Below, in pieces: positions 11,625-23,674 of a stretch of DNA of 64,000 nt. The number at the start of each line of letters is the position of its first letter. Position 1 is the stretch's first letter. Source of the stretch: Cyanophora paradoxa CCMP329. Its lineage: Eukaryota; Plantae; Glaucophyta. The stretch is taken from NCBI GenBank assembly GCA_004431415.1, contig QPMI01000622.1, positions 62,001 to 126,000 on the forward strand, in the 5' to 3' direction. The notes beneath the pieces were generated by a model. It saw only the letters and a list, made by a program, of their open reading frames with translations. It made no database searches and had not been told where the DNA came from. The translations under genes and the position numbers were made by a program.

Positions 11625-14600
11625 ATGGAAGCGCGCCGGGCGCGCGCCGCGGCCGCGACGCGGCTGCGGCCGCTCGTGCGGGATGCGCGCAGCCAGATTG
11701 CCGTCGTCGAATCGTCCGCCAGCGCCGCAGCGGTCCTGCGAGCGCTCTTGCCGCTTGCGGGCGTCCAACCTGGGAGCAGCAGCCCCGTCGAGGTGCGCCC
11801 AATGCTGTAAAGCATGCGTGCACCTCGGCGACGTGGGCGGGGTCGCGCAGGGGCCGGTGGCGACGCTGGCGGAGGACGTACGCCGCGCGGTGGGCGAGCT
11901 GGGGCGCGAGGCGGCGTCGGAGGCGTTCTTCGAGTGCATCTTCCCTTCTTTTGCGGCGTTCCTGCTGAAGGACTTCAGCGCCGCATGGCTCCCGTCGCTC
12001 CCCGAGAGCGAGCGCGCCCTCTGCTTCGACAGGTCTGCCGGGGCGCGCCGCAGCCCCCGGGAGGGGCCGACGGGGCGGCAGCTTCTTCAACCTGGCGCCG
12101 GCGTCGGCGGCGTTCGCGGCGCTGGCGGAGGGCGTGCGGGAGGCGCCGGAGGACTCGGCGGCGCTCTCGGCGGTGGTGCGGCTGCTGGAGCCCTTCGCGG
12201 ACGGCGCGGCGTGGCGGCGGCCGCGGCTGTGCGACCTCTGCGCGGAGCAGACTTCCATCGACGCCCGCGACGCCGCCCGCCGCGCCCCGCGCCTCCTCCG
12301 CCCCGAGCAGTCCGACCTCGCCCAGGCCCGCCCCGCCCCGCCCGCCCCCTCCCCGCTTCGCCTCCCGCCCGCGCTGACGCCCCGCCCCCATCAGCTCGTG
12401 ATCTCCCTCCCCGACCGCCTCTCCAACCGCCTCAGGGGACCCCGCCCCGCTCCCTCGAGCCGCGGTCCCCTCAGTCCTTCCGCCCGCCCGCGCCCCGCGC
12501 CGCTGAGCCCGCCCCAGGGCGTACGCCGCCGCGGTGCTGGACGCCTGCCTCTCGGTGTGCGGGGCGGGCGGCGGGGGCGCCGAGGAGGCCGCCGGCGCTC
12601 CCCGCCCCTCAGCTTCGCCGGCGAGCTCGCGGGGCGCCTCTGCCGGGCCGGCCACGCCGGTGCGCCCTCGCCGGCGCCTCCCCCGCGAGGGGCGCTGGTG
12701 AGCGGGGTGCAGGGGCGCTGCGGGTGGAGGCGGGGCGGGAAGAGCGGCTGGGCGAGCTCCTCCGCTGGCTCCCCGACGCCGCCCTCCCCGCGCCCTCCCC
12801 GCCCTCGCCGCCTCCGCCCGCCCGACGGCGAGGGCGCACTCGCCGCCGTGCTGCGGCCCGTGCTCGAGGCGAGCCCCGCGGCGCGCCACGCCGCCTCGAG
12901 CGCCTGCCTGCGCGCCCCCGCGATGCCCCTCCCCGCCCTCGCCCGCCTCGTCAGGCCCGCCCCGCCCGCCCCCGCCGCCCCGCCCCGCGAGTCCGACGGG
13001 GCGGCAGGTGCCTCGCGCGGGACGAGCTCGCCGCCATCCCCGCCGAGGGCGCCCCCGCCCGCCTCCCCGCCGGCCCGCCCCGCCCCCGCCCCCGCCCCGC
13101 CTCCGTGGCCGACGCTGCGCAGGGACGCCGGCGCTGCTGGCGGCGGCGGTGGGGACGCTGGCGGGCCTCTGGGGCGACCCCGAGTTCGCCCGCGCCGCGC
13201 CCCCGCCCACCAGAAGTGTCCGCCCGCCCCCCGCCAGCACCCCGCCGGCCCCGCCCCGCCGCCTCGCGCCCGGCGCAGGCTGAGGGGCGGCAGACGTGTT
13301 CTGGGGCCTGCGGGAGGCGCTGCGGGCGTTCCGCTTCGGGCGGGCGGCGCTCGAGGCCACGGGGCCGTCCCGCGGCTCCTCGCCGGCGTCCAGGCCCGCC
13401 TCGAGAGCCCCGACGGCGCCCCCGCGAGCAGGCCATGGCGCGCCGCCCCCGCCCCGCCCCGCCCCTGCCCCGCTCCGGCGCGAGAGCTGAGGGTGCGGGG
13501 CAGCGGGTGGCGGAGCTGGTGTCGCACGTGCTGGACCCCGCCAACCCCCTCTCCTTCGACGAGGCGGAGGAGGCGGAGGCCGCCGAGGCCGCGGAGGCGG
13601 GGGCGGGGCCGCGGGGCCGGCCTCGCAGGCGGGGCCGGCCTCGCCGGCCGCCATCGGGGCCGGCGAGGAGGAGGACGGCCTCAGGGCCTACGACCTCGCC
13701 GAGCCGCCCACGCGCGCCGAGCGCCGCCGCGCGCCCCAGTGCGCTCCCCTCCGCCCCGGCCCCGCGCCCCGCCCCCGCCCCGGCGAGTGGCGGCAGGTAC
13801 GTGGGGGACCTGCTGCGCGGGCTGCAGGCGACCCGCCCCGAGGAGTGGGACGCCCTCGAGGCCGCCCTGCTCGCCGCCGAGGGCCTCCTGCGCGCCCCCG
13901 CGCCCCCGCCTCGCCTCCCCGAGACCGCCCCCGCCCTCGCCCGCGCCCTCATCCACGCCCCGACATCGACAGGCGCCCCGCCCCCGCCTGCCACCCGCCG
14001 CCGGCGCGTGCTCTCTGAGGGGCGGGGCGGGCAGGCCGGGCTGCGCGGCGGCGCGCCTGCGCTTCCTGGTGGCCCTCGTGGCGCGCTGCCCCGAGGAGGC
14101 CGTCCCGTGCGCGGCCCCGCACCCTCGCCCCTCCGTCGACGACGGGCGGGGGCGGCGCGGGCGCAGGGAGCTCGCCTCGCTCTTCTACTCGGAGGCCGTC
14201 ACGACGGGCGCCCGCCTCGAGATCCTCGACTGCCTCGCCGCCGCCGCCGAGGAGCTCGCCGCCGCCCCCGCCCTTCCCTCCGCCCCGCCCCGGCCCCCTC
14301 CGCCTCCGCCGCCGCCCTGCCGGCTGGGGCGGGGCCTCCCCTGCGGAGCTCGTCGCACAGCGCCTCGAGGCCAAGACCCGCCGGTCCCGCCCGCCCCGCC
14401 CCGCCCCGAGCCCCTCCGCCGCCGCCGCCCCGCTCGAGCCGGCCCTCCGCGCAGCTTCGGGCGGGGCCCCACGCGCCCGGCCCCCTCCCCGCACCGCAAC
14501 AGGCCCGCCCCGTCGCCCCGCCGCCGCCGCCTGCCTCGCGACCCTCCCACAGGTTCTCGCCGCTGCTGCCCCTCTTCTTCTACTCCATCCTCTCCGACTA

Positions 14601-15201
14601 CGACCGCGCCCGGTGCGCTCGCTCCCCTCCGACGCCCCCCACGCGCCCCTTGGGCGAGGCTGGCTGCGGTGCAGGGCGCACGTGCGGCTGCTGGGGGAGG
14701 ACCACGTGCTCCTCGCCCGCCTCCTCCACGCCCTCGGCACCTTCCTCGAGCTCGCCGCGCCCTCCTGCCCCCTCCAGGCGCCCCGCCCCCCGCCCCCCGC
14801 CCCGCCCCGCCCCCGCCTCCCCGTGACGGGCGTGCAGGACGGGGCGGGGGCGGGGGCGGCGGTGCTGCAGCTGGCGTGGGCGCTGCGGCTGCACGGGGAG
14901 GCCCCCGTGCGGCGCTCCCTGCTCTACGCCGCGGCCGCCGCCCTCGCGCTGCCCCCGCCGCCCTCCTCCCCGCCCGCGCCCCGAGCTCGCCGCTCTTCGG
15001 GTGCCCCGCCGCGCCCCCACCCCCGCCCCGCCCCTCCTCCCCGCCCTGAGCGCCCGCGCCCCGCAGGAGTGGCTGGTGGAGGCGGCGGAGGGGGACCCCG
15101 ACCCCCTCGCCCGCGCCCTCGCCGCCGCCGCCCTCCGCGCCATGCTCCACCTCCTCGAGGCGGGGGGGTACGCCCCCAGCGACCCCCGCGCCCTCCCCTA
15201 G
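11625..15201 (+). CDS. TELO2: Telomere length regulation protein TEL2/TELO2 (multi-exon)
   Basis: LVISLPDRLSNRL, GVQARLESPD, acidic DGLRAYDL, RYVGDLLRGL..EAALLAAEGLLR, RLEILDCLAAAAEEL, HRFSPLLPLFFY, LLGEDHVLLARLLHALG, EWLVEAAEGDPD. Confidence 0.85.
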
Positions 15202-15658
15202 CCCCCGCGGCCGCGTGCGCACGCCGCGCTGCAGCTGCCCCCGCCTGCGCATGTTCGTGTGCTTGCTCTTGGTGCCAATTATCAATTCGAATCCGATTGC
15301 GAAAGGCAACTTGCAAACTGTTACACGGTGCGAATTTGCAGGAAGAAAGGACCGGTTTGACTACGAGGCTATATAACCACATACTGTATCTGAATCCGCT
15401 TTCAAGAAACTCACTGTCGTTAAAAACGTATTGCTCGTCAAGGAAGACTGCTTTCAAGAAACTTAACTGTGAAATTAGGCATGAACTGTAATACTGCAGG
15501 ATGGAAAGAACTCAAGCATAGGATACAAACACGTGCACTGCATCTGCATCGACATCACGCGATGGCAGAATGGCATACGCGCCCTGCCGGCCGCAGGGCG
15601 CCACCGCAGACAAAGGAAGAGGGAGAGGAGAGGAGGGCGGGGCGGGGGCGGCGGCGGC

Positions 15659-17249
15659 TCAGGCGTCGTCGAGGGCGGAGAGGTCGAGGTCGAGGTCCGG
15701 GCCGCCGTCCGCCCCCTCCACCCCGAACCCGACCCCGTCCATCGCGTCCATCCCCATGTCCCCGACTACGACGCCCCGCTGCTGCCCGGCAGTGCCGGCC
15801 GTCGCCGCCTCCTTGCTCTGCTGCGCCCGCACCTCCCGCGCGTACGCCGCCGTAGAGAGCCCCGCGTTCAGCACCCCTGCCGCCCCCTCGCGTCGGGACC
15901 CGCAGGGGCGGGCGGGGCGGGGCGGGGGGCGGGGGCGGACCGGCCCAGAGGGCGCCGTTGAGGGCGGCGTGCTGCACGGCGGCGAGGCTCGCCGCCGGCT
16001 CGGCCGCCGCCACCGCCCCCGCCACGATCCCCGAGCCCAGCGCCGCCCCAGCACCTGCCGCCCCGTCAGCGGGGCGCGAGGGCGGGGCGGCGGGGCGGGC
16101 GGACGGGCCTTGAAGGCGTAGCGGGCGGCGACCTCGCGGCCGGCGAGGGCGGCCTGCAGGCGCGAGTCCCGCCCCGCGTGCACCGCCGCCGTCGCCGCCA
16201 TCGCCGGCGCCCTGCCGCCGCGTGGGCCCGGGCGGGGGCGCTGGGGCGGCGCTGGGGCGGACATGTGGAGGAGGACGTGGAGGCCCGCGATGCCGCCGGC
16301 CAGCGACCCCGAGCCTGCCGCCCCCTCGCACGCGCCCCGCTGCCGCGCGGCGCGGGGCGGGGGGCGGGGCGGACGAAGGCGAGGCCGGTGGCGCGGAGGA
16401 CGGGCTGCCCCAGCAGCGTGCTCGTCGCCAGCGCCCGCACCGCGAACGACTGCCCCGCGCGCCCCGTCAGGCGGCCCCGGGCGGGGCTGCGCGCGGGCGG
16501 CCGTGCCTGGGCGGTGATGAGGACGGGCCCCGCGCGGCCGAAGCGCGCCGTCGTGAAGGCCCGCACGGCGAGCAGCGTCGAGCCGCCCGCCGCCACCCCC
16601 GCCAGCGCCCCCGCAACCTGGCCCCGCCCCGCCCGCCTCAGGCCTGCCGCCGGCCGCCGGCCGCCGGCGCGGGGCGGACCATGCGGCGCTGGTAGGCGGC
16701 CCAGTCGGAGGCGCGGCTCCCGTCCTTCGGGCGGACCGCCGCGACGGCGTGGTCTGTGGGCGGCGTCGGCGGGGGGCGCGGGCGGCTCCCGCGTGTCGGG
16801 GCGCGCGCACTGAGCCCCGCCACTCCGGAGGCGATGACGGCGCCGCCCAGCACGGGCCCCGAGACGCGCCCGAGCGTGACTGCCCCGCACGCAACTCAGG
16901 CCCCCGCCGCTGCGGCGGGAGCAGGCGCGCTTACCTGCGGCTCCTACTCCAGCCACGATGAGACCTGCGTAGACGGCTTAGCGCCGGCCGAGCGCGGCGG
17001 GAGCGGTGACGTGGACGTACTTCCTGCGATTAGCTTCTGGGCTTCGCGGTCGCGGCCGACGGGGACCAAATCGATGAGCGCGAGCCTCCACTGGGCCAAC
17101 GCGCGCTCGGCGGTCTCGATGGTATTCCGGCGCAGGGCCTGGACCAGTTCCTCCAAGGTCGGGAGGTCGAGGTTGAGCGGCAGAGTGCGAGGCGCCTGAA
17201 GCTGTGCGCTCTCCGGATCCCCGCTGTCCGCGTTGGCCTTTACCGCCAT
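15659..17249 (-). CDS. Hypothetical Ala/Gly-rich membrane protein (multi-exon)
   Basis: Coding-like exons (MAVKANADSGDP.., hydrophobic VAGALAGVAAGGSTLLAV, acidic C-terminus ..DLDLDLSALDDA*) separated by typical introns. No family recognised. Confidence 0.55.
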
Positions 17250-17651
17250 GCCTTCCAGAGTGCTCGCGCGCGCCTCCCGCGCTTTTTGAGATGGACAAGC
17301 TTTCAACGGCAACTTCGAAGGGTCAACGCCGTTGGGAGAAGGGAGAAGCGGCAGGCTACCCGAGCTAGGCTCACAGCTGGAGCGAGAAAGCGCACGCGTG
17401 CGGTACACGCTTAATTATAAGCTTGCAGCTGGCAGCTGCTCGAGACAGTCATTTCATCCAATTTCGGGAATTCCGGTCCGGCGTACAGCATTCAGCACCC
17501 GTTGTAGCCAGTAGCGGCCGCGGGACCCGGCAACCGCAATGGCGCTCAATTCTAGGACGCCACTCAGGGCTGTCTTTGAGCCAGCCGCCGCAGAAGGGGT
17601 GAGCGGCGCGGGGCGGCGCGGGGCGGACCGACGCGGCAACAGTTATCGATA

Positions 17652-18553
17652 TCGATGTTGCGATTACGATGCTTGCGATTACGACCGGTGCTTGCGATTT
17701 CAAGTTTCAGCTACGATGCTTGCGATTACGATTTCAGCTACGATATCGACGTTGCGCACAGCGGTACGCGTTTGTATGGGCCCATAGACTTGGAAGAATT
17801 AACGCTTGGTGGTTAGAATTAAAAGCGGTAAGTTTGTTACGTCTACACGTAATTGGTAAGCTCGGAACTTGGACTTGACAATTTTGCGTACCCCCCTTAG
17901 CTGCCATAGGTTGGACTTCGCCGCGGCGCAACGGGCGCAAACCGGGTCCCTGGATCTACAAAAAATAGCGCCCGCCTACAAAACTAAGGTAGATAGATGC
18001 TAGATGAGCACAACGGCGCGCTCGCGGCGCATTTGGCACGTTTGTTTTCAAGTTCCCACGTTGCGACGGTTCCCGGCCGGTCTAGTTTGCAGCTGGCACA
18101 ACGGTCAAGTTGAAAAAAAGGCGAGAAAACTTTTGAGTTTCCATTAGCTATTAAGTTAATACTGGCTATACGTGATCACCAAGATATGGTAAATCTAAGT
18201 TCCGCGATCGCCAAGAATTAACCTTCCATGTCTATGGCGCCATACAAACGCGTATCGCTGTGGCGATTACGATGCTTGCGATTACGACCGGTGCTTGCGA
18301 TTTCAAGTTTCAGCTACGATGCTTGCGATTACGATTTCAGCTACGATATCGACGTTGCGATTACGAGGTTGCGATTACGAGTGGGGTACCGGTGCTAGCG
18401 GTCGATGTTGCGATTACGATGCTTGCGATTACGACCGGTGCTTGCGATTTCAAGTTTCAGCTACGATGCTTGCGATTACGATTTCAGCTACGATATCGAC
18501 GTTGCGATTACGAGGTTGCGATTACGAGTGGGGTACCGGTGCTAGCGGTCGAC
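17652..18553. repeat. Composite tandem array with core TTGCGATTACGA (higher-order unit 147 bp), interrupted by a MITE
   Basis: Units start at 18263 and 18410, with a partial unit at 17652-17756. Confidence 0.92.
17757..18262. mobile_element. Non-autonomous TIR DNA transposon (MITE, 506 bp), CACTA/CMC-like
   Basis: ~40-bp imperfect TIRs (CACAGCGGTACGCGTTTGTATGG... / ...CCATACAAACGCGTATCGCTGTG), a 3-bp TSD GCG at 17754-17756 and 18263-18265, and an AT-richer non-coding interior. Confidence 0.85.
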
Positions 18554-18559
18554 ATCGCG

Positions 18560-21381
18560 CAGCGCTCGAACCGCCGCGACCGAGGCTGGTCGCTAGCTGC
18601 GGCGTGCGCGGCACCATACGGAGCTACTGCGTGGCCCCGGCTGCTATAGCTGCAGGGACTGTGGCGTGCGGTTGCAGCTGGGCCCCGGGCGCATCCGGCG
18701 ACGGCGGAGCGGCCTGCGCGCCGGTGGCCGTGTGCGCGCCGCCAGCCTCGCTCCCGCGGTCGGCCGCTGACCTGCGCGCCGGCGGGAGGCTCAGCGAGGC
18801 GCCTCGGTTGCTCTCTGGCGTTGTACCGTGGTGCACGGGGCGGCGCACCCTCGAGAGGCTTCGAGCTCCCGCTGGGCGCGCTCGTGGGCCTCGCGGACGC
18901 TCCTGTCTTTGCCGTCCAGGTAGACCTCCCGGGCGGCACTCTCGTGCTGTGCGAGGTGCCGCAGGGCGTCCTCGGCGGTCGTGCCCCCGAAGGCCGCGCC
19001 GCAGCGCGCGCATATGGCGAGGTGCGCGCCGCTGCGATCTCCTACCCCGTCGCTGGTTGCCCCGGGCTCGCTCATTTTTCGACGCTGCTCCAGCGTGAGA
19101 GGCGGCGAGAAGTCGGGAGCGGCGGAGCGCCGGCCGCGGGGTACGTCGCTTCCGCGAAACTCGACCGTCGCCCCGATGGATCGCGGCAGGAACTCGATCG
19201 TCGTCCTTGAGCGAGCTACCTTTCCGATCGAAGGCATTCGACGGGCGCCGCTGGTTCTCGTGCGCGCTGGTGTGCGCGCTGGCCTGGCTTCGATTCGGCG
19301 GTTACTCCGGGCGAGGTGAGCCCGGGGCGATCCGCGGGCCTAGCGCCGCTCTCCGTGGTCTCCTGATTGGGAATTCACTGACGCGGGGCCTCGCGCCCCG
19401 CGCAGCCGAGTCTCGGGGTCTGAATGAAGCCGATCCGCGGAGGCACGCGTACGGAGAAGCAGGAGGCGTCGAAGGGCGCGCCCGGGAGGCAGAGGCGCGG
19501 CGGCCGGGGGCGGAGGAAAGCAAGGGACGCCGCCGCGAAAGCCACCGAGGCCGCCGGCCCGAGCGCCGCGCGGTCCGGCGACGCTGGCGGCGGCGCCGCG
19601 GGCAGCGCCCCTCGCGGGGTGGAGGCCTGGGCCACGGCCGTAGAGACGCGGTGCGTCGCGCTTTGCCGGGCCACCGGCCGCCTCCTGTTCACACCCCAGA
19701 GAGCGCAGAGACTGCTTCGTGGTCCTCCGCAAGGCGGCCGGCGAGCGAACCGTCGATTGCGAGAGGCGCGTGCGGCGTTCGCTCGGAAAGAAGGCGCGTG
19801 CGCCTCGTCTCTGCGCCGCCGCCCCTTCCGAGCCCCTATTCGCAGCGCCCTGACCCCGCGCGCAGACGGGGGTGGCCAGCCCGCTCGACGAGGGCGTCGG
19901 GGGCGTGGTCGTGGTCGCCGTGGGGCGGGCTACGGCGCTGCTGCCGTGCGCGCTCCGCCGCCCGTCCGCCCGGCGCCACGGCGCGTGATCCCCCCTCCGC
20001 AGCGTCCTCAGCCCCGCCCAGACGTACCGCGTCGTCGTGCGGTCCGGCGGCGGCTCGTCTCTTCCCGCGACGGAGGGGCCGGGGCGCGGCCTGAGCCGCG
20101 GGTGCGCGGGAGCGGGCGCCTCGTCCACGACGGACGCCTTCGAGGCCGCTCTGAAGCGGCGGCTCAAGGATGCCGCTCTGGAGCGGCGGGCTCGAGGGGG
20201 TAGAGGCGCCGGCGGGGCGGGGGCGGAGGGGCCGGGGGGGGCCGAGCCGGAGGGGGCGGTGGCGATGGGTGCGGAGGGGGAGGAGGAGGAGGTCCTCGTC
20301 GTCACGGGTACGGAGGGGGGGGAGGAGGAGGGGGGGGAGGGTGCCTTCGTCGTCACCGTGGCCTGCCCGTGTCACGAGTTCGTCAGCTCCCTCGTGCGCG
20401 TACCCTGCCCCCGTCCCCCCGCCGCTCCCCGGGGCGCGATCCGTGCTGCGCAGAGTTCCGCCCTGCGTGATCTGGAGTGGGGGCTGGCGTCCCTGCTGCG
20501 CGTGAAATCGCACGGCTTCGGCCTGTCGGAGGCGGGGGCGTGGGGGGCCGAAGGGGCGGGGCCCATCGCCTGGCCGCCCGAGGCGGGCCTCCGCCACCTC
20601 CGGCGGGTGATCCTCGACTCGCGCGCCGACGCGAACGTGCTGGACAGGGGCGCTGCCCTGGTCGTCCGGCACGAGGCCGTCAGGCCCGCCCCGGGGCCGG
20701 CGCTCCCGTCGTTCCGGCGGGCGGCGGCGGGGGGGTCGACCCTGGAGCTGGCGCGGATCGCCGCCAGCGCCAGGCTCCACGGGTACGGGCTGGTGCCTCT
20801 GCGGGGGGCGGCGGACGAGCTCGTGGTGGTGGCGAGGAGGGCGCCGGCGGCGGCGGGCGGGGCGGGGGCCGCCGAGGAGCTGCTGGGCGTGGGCAGGATG
20901 GCCGGCGGGCCCCCCCGAACCGTCACCCTCGCTTGCAGGTGGTGCGTGGGCGGGGGCGCCCCCTCTCGCTTCTCCCGCCCCTCCGCCCCCTCTCTGACGG
21001 CCCCGGCGTGCAGGCGTCGGCCACCTCGTGCGCCCCGGGCGCGCCCCGGGTGGGCGCCCGCGCACGTCGAGCTCGAGTCCAGGGCGAGGGGCGCCCCGGG
21101 CCCCGAGGGGTTCGCCGTCGTCCCCGCCCCCGAGGGGCACGACTGCCTGTTCGACGCGCTCGCGCTGTGGGAGGCCCGGCAGGGCGCTGGACCCGGTGGG
21201 GGCCAGCCGCAGCCGCCCGCCGAGGGCGACGGGGGCCAGCCGCCCCCGGAGCAGAGCGAGGAGGTCTCTCAGGCCTCTCAGCTGCGCGCGCGCGTGGCGA
21301 AGTTCGTGGCGAGCGCGGAGGGCATCGAGCTGCTCCAGAAGCACAGGGTTTGCCCCCCCCCCCCCCCCCCTACCCGTTGCT

Positions 21382-21413
<32 letters not shown>

Positions 21414-22193
21414 TTGGCCTCCCGCTTGCCCTCCCGCGTTCGCCCCTCCGGTCCGCCCCGCCTCTCACGCTTTCCCCCGCGTGGGGGTCGCAGATGCTGA
21501 CGGCCGACCTGCGCGTCTACATGGGGCCGGGCGAGAAGATGCTTCCGGTGGGGGGGTACGCCACCCGCCTGGGGTCCGCTGATCCTGTGCGGGGCCCGGG
21601 GTTGATCATGGGAGGTGCGGCTCTCCCCTCTATCTCGGTGCAGGTCGCTCCCCTCGGGTTTGACCGCGCTGCAGGTCGGATCGTCCTCCTCGCCCTTTCG
21701 GAGATCTTCAAGGCGCCGCTGGTCGTGCACTTTGTGCGGCGCGGCGGCGGCTGGGACTCCCACGTCGTCGACGCGAAGGACCCTCCGCCGGCCCCCGAGG
21801 AGGGGGAGGAGGGGGAGGAGAAGGCGAAGATGGAGAAGAAGAAGGGGAAGAAGGCGGGGGGGAAGAAGGCGCGCCCCCCACGCACGTTCCGTGGCCGCGC
21901 CCGCGCCGCCGTGATCGCTCCCTCCGCAGGCCGCCGGGCCGAGGGGGCGTGGCGCCCTTCCAGCCCTCTCCGGATCCGGGCCGGGCCTCGCCGATGCATC
22001 CCCGGACCTCGTTACCGGCGACGCGCCGTCCGCCCCGGGGCCTGAGCCTGCAGGACCCGGGCCCGCCGTCCCCTCGGGGGCGCCCGGCCCCTCCGGCGTC
22101 GCGATCAACCTCCGCTTCCACCCCGGCAGCGTCATCCGGCCCCCCCACTACGACCTCCTCGTGGCGGGCCCCCGCGACGGCGGTGACGCGTAG
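18560..22193 (+). CDS. Protein with C-terminal OTU-like cysteine protease/deubiquitinase domain (multi-exon; 5' end uncertain)
   Basis: VVPAPEGHDCLFDALA (catalytic Cys box), QLRARVAKFV, GRIVLLALSEIFKAPLVVH, INLRFH...PHYDLLV (His box); stop TAG 22191-22193. Confidence 0.7.
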
Positions 22194-23674
22194 CGGGCCC
22201 CGCTGCACATGCACGTCTGTCTGCAGTGCATTTCGAATTAAATCGTCTGCGCATGCAGCTGTACTTATACGTGCGTGTGTGACGAGTTAATCATTGAATT
22301 ATCATTCAGTATGAGTCGGCCGCGGGAGAGAAGTCGAGAGAGATCGATATCGATGCCACATATATGTCGCACGAGCATGCATGTGATGAATTCGGACCTA
22401 CGTGTATAGCTATATATATACTACCGTACTATATATATAATGCCGTCTGCCGGCGTATTAGGTAAAGCTTATAATTATAATCAGCTATACCTGCTAGGCT
22501 GAAACTCGAGCTTCGGAAGTTCGAACAAGCGAGTCCCTGCGGAGCAGGAGTGGCCTTGGGTCTTGGGGCTTCAAGGCGTGAGGGTGGCAGCTCTTTGTTT
22601 TTAAATTGGGGCCCGCAACCGCGCGCGGTTACGGGGGAGGGGGGAGGACAAATAGGGGGTCCACTCGGCAAGGGTACCCACTCAAGTGAGAGGGTACAGA
22701 ATTGTGCTGCAAGGGTACAGATATCAATGCGGGGCCCAATCGGCCGCAGTTGTACCGAGTACAGTCCCCGAGAGGCCCATTGGTCGTTTCAGCCGAATGA
22801 AAACGACTTTCGGGCAAGTTTCGAATTTCGGCGCTTTTTAAAAAAACTTTGGAGGTGGTTAATAATTATCTATGAATCATTCGAATGTAATTCGCAGTAA
22901 TAAGGCTCTGTCTAAATTGTTTATTTTGATAATCTTTAAACTAACGCATCAAGTATATTCAAAACCCACCTCGTGGCACACAACGACTCTGTCTCATACA
23001 AATTTGCTGGCCGGCCACGTGGCGCTACGTTAATTTGGAAACTATTTCCTAGCGAATGAGGTACGGTCTCTTGAAAATAATAATTTTCAAATTTCGACTT
23101 GGAAGGCCAATGTGATTTGCGCTTTCTATTTTTTTCCGGGAAAATGCTTTTCTGTGCTTTTCGACGTGCTGTTACTGCCCATTAGAGGCCTCTCATAGGA
23201 AAACGGGCCGGACCATCGTGCTCCCCAGGGTCTAAAATGGGGTAGTAGGTGTCCTCAAATATACGAATTTCGCTTTCTAAAATTTGTGACAAGATACCAA
23301 CAGACCTAAGGGCCTCTCCTTTCCCCAAGGCCGATCTGCAGGCCTAGCGCTAGCTGCAGGCCCAGCTGCAGGCAGGTGCCAGGGGTCTGGGTTGGGGGTA
23401 CGTCTTCGCCGCCGGTTCGCTTCGCAGCGGCGCGCCGATCGGGTTTCGAGACTTCGCGCGCAGCGCGGAAACGAAACGTAGGGGCACCTTTCATCGGCGA
23501 AAACCGTAGCGGCGCCGCTCCGATGACGATCGCGGTGGTGCGCGGTGCGCTCGTCCTGGCTCATTCGCCTAGCCTAGCCTTCCTGGCTCGTTCGCCTACC
23601 TGGCCGGCCGTCGTCCTCCGCTCCGCTCCGTCAGCCCGGCGGCTGGGGCGGGCGTTGTCGGGCGCGCCTAGGCC

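Noticed and set aside
11683-15049. Very long Pro/Arg/Gly-rich ORFs (1047 aa, 971 aa; likewise 47641-50499 minus and 23561-25891 minus)
   Set aside because: Artefacts of extreme GC content reading through introns or antisense to real spliced genes.
15240-15500. ORF MKAVFLDEQYVF... on the minus strand
   Set aside because: Lies in the AT-rich 3' region between convergent genes and has no motif support.
17652-18553. CRISPR array or repeat-encoded ORFs (MAITMLAITT...)
   Set aside because: A 147-bp tandem unit with no unique spacers. The ORFs are by-products of the repeat.
22200-23670. IS607 serine recombinase or other transposase upstream of the Fanzor
   Set aside because: No recognisable recombinase or DDE motifs in any frame; the region is non-coding.
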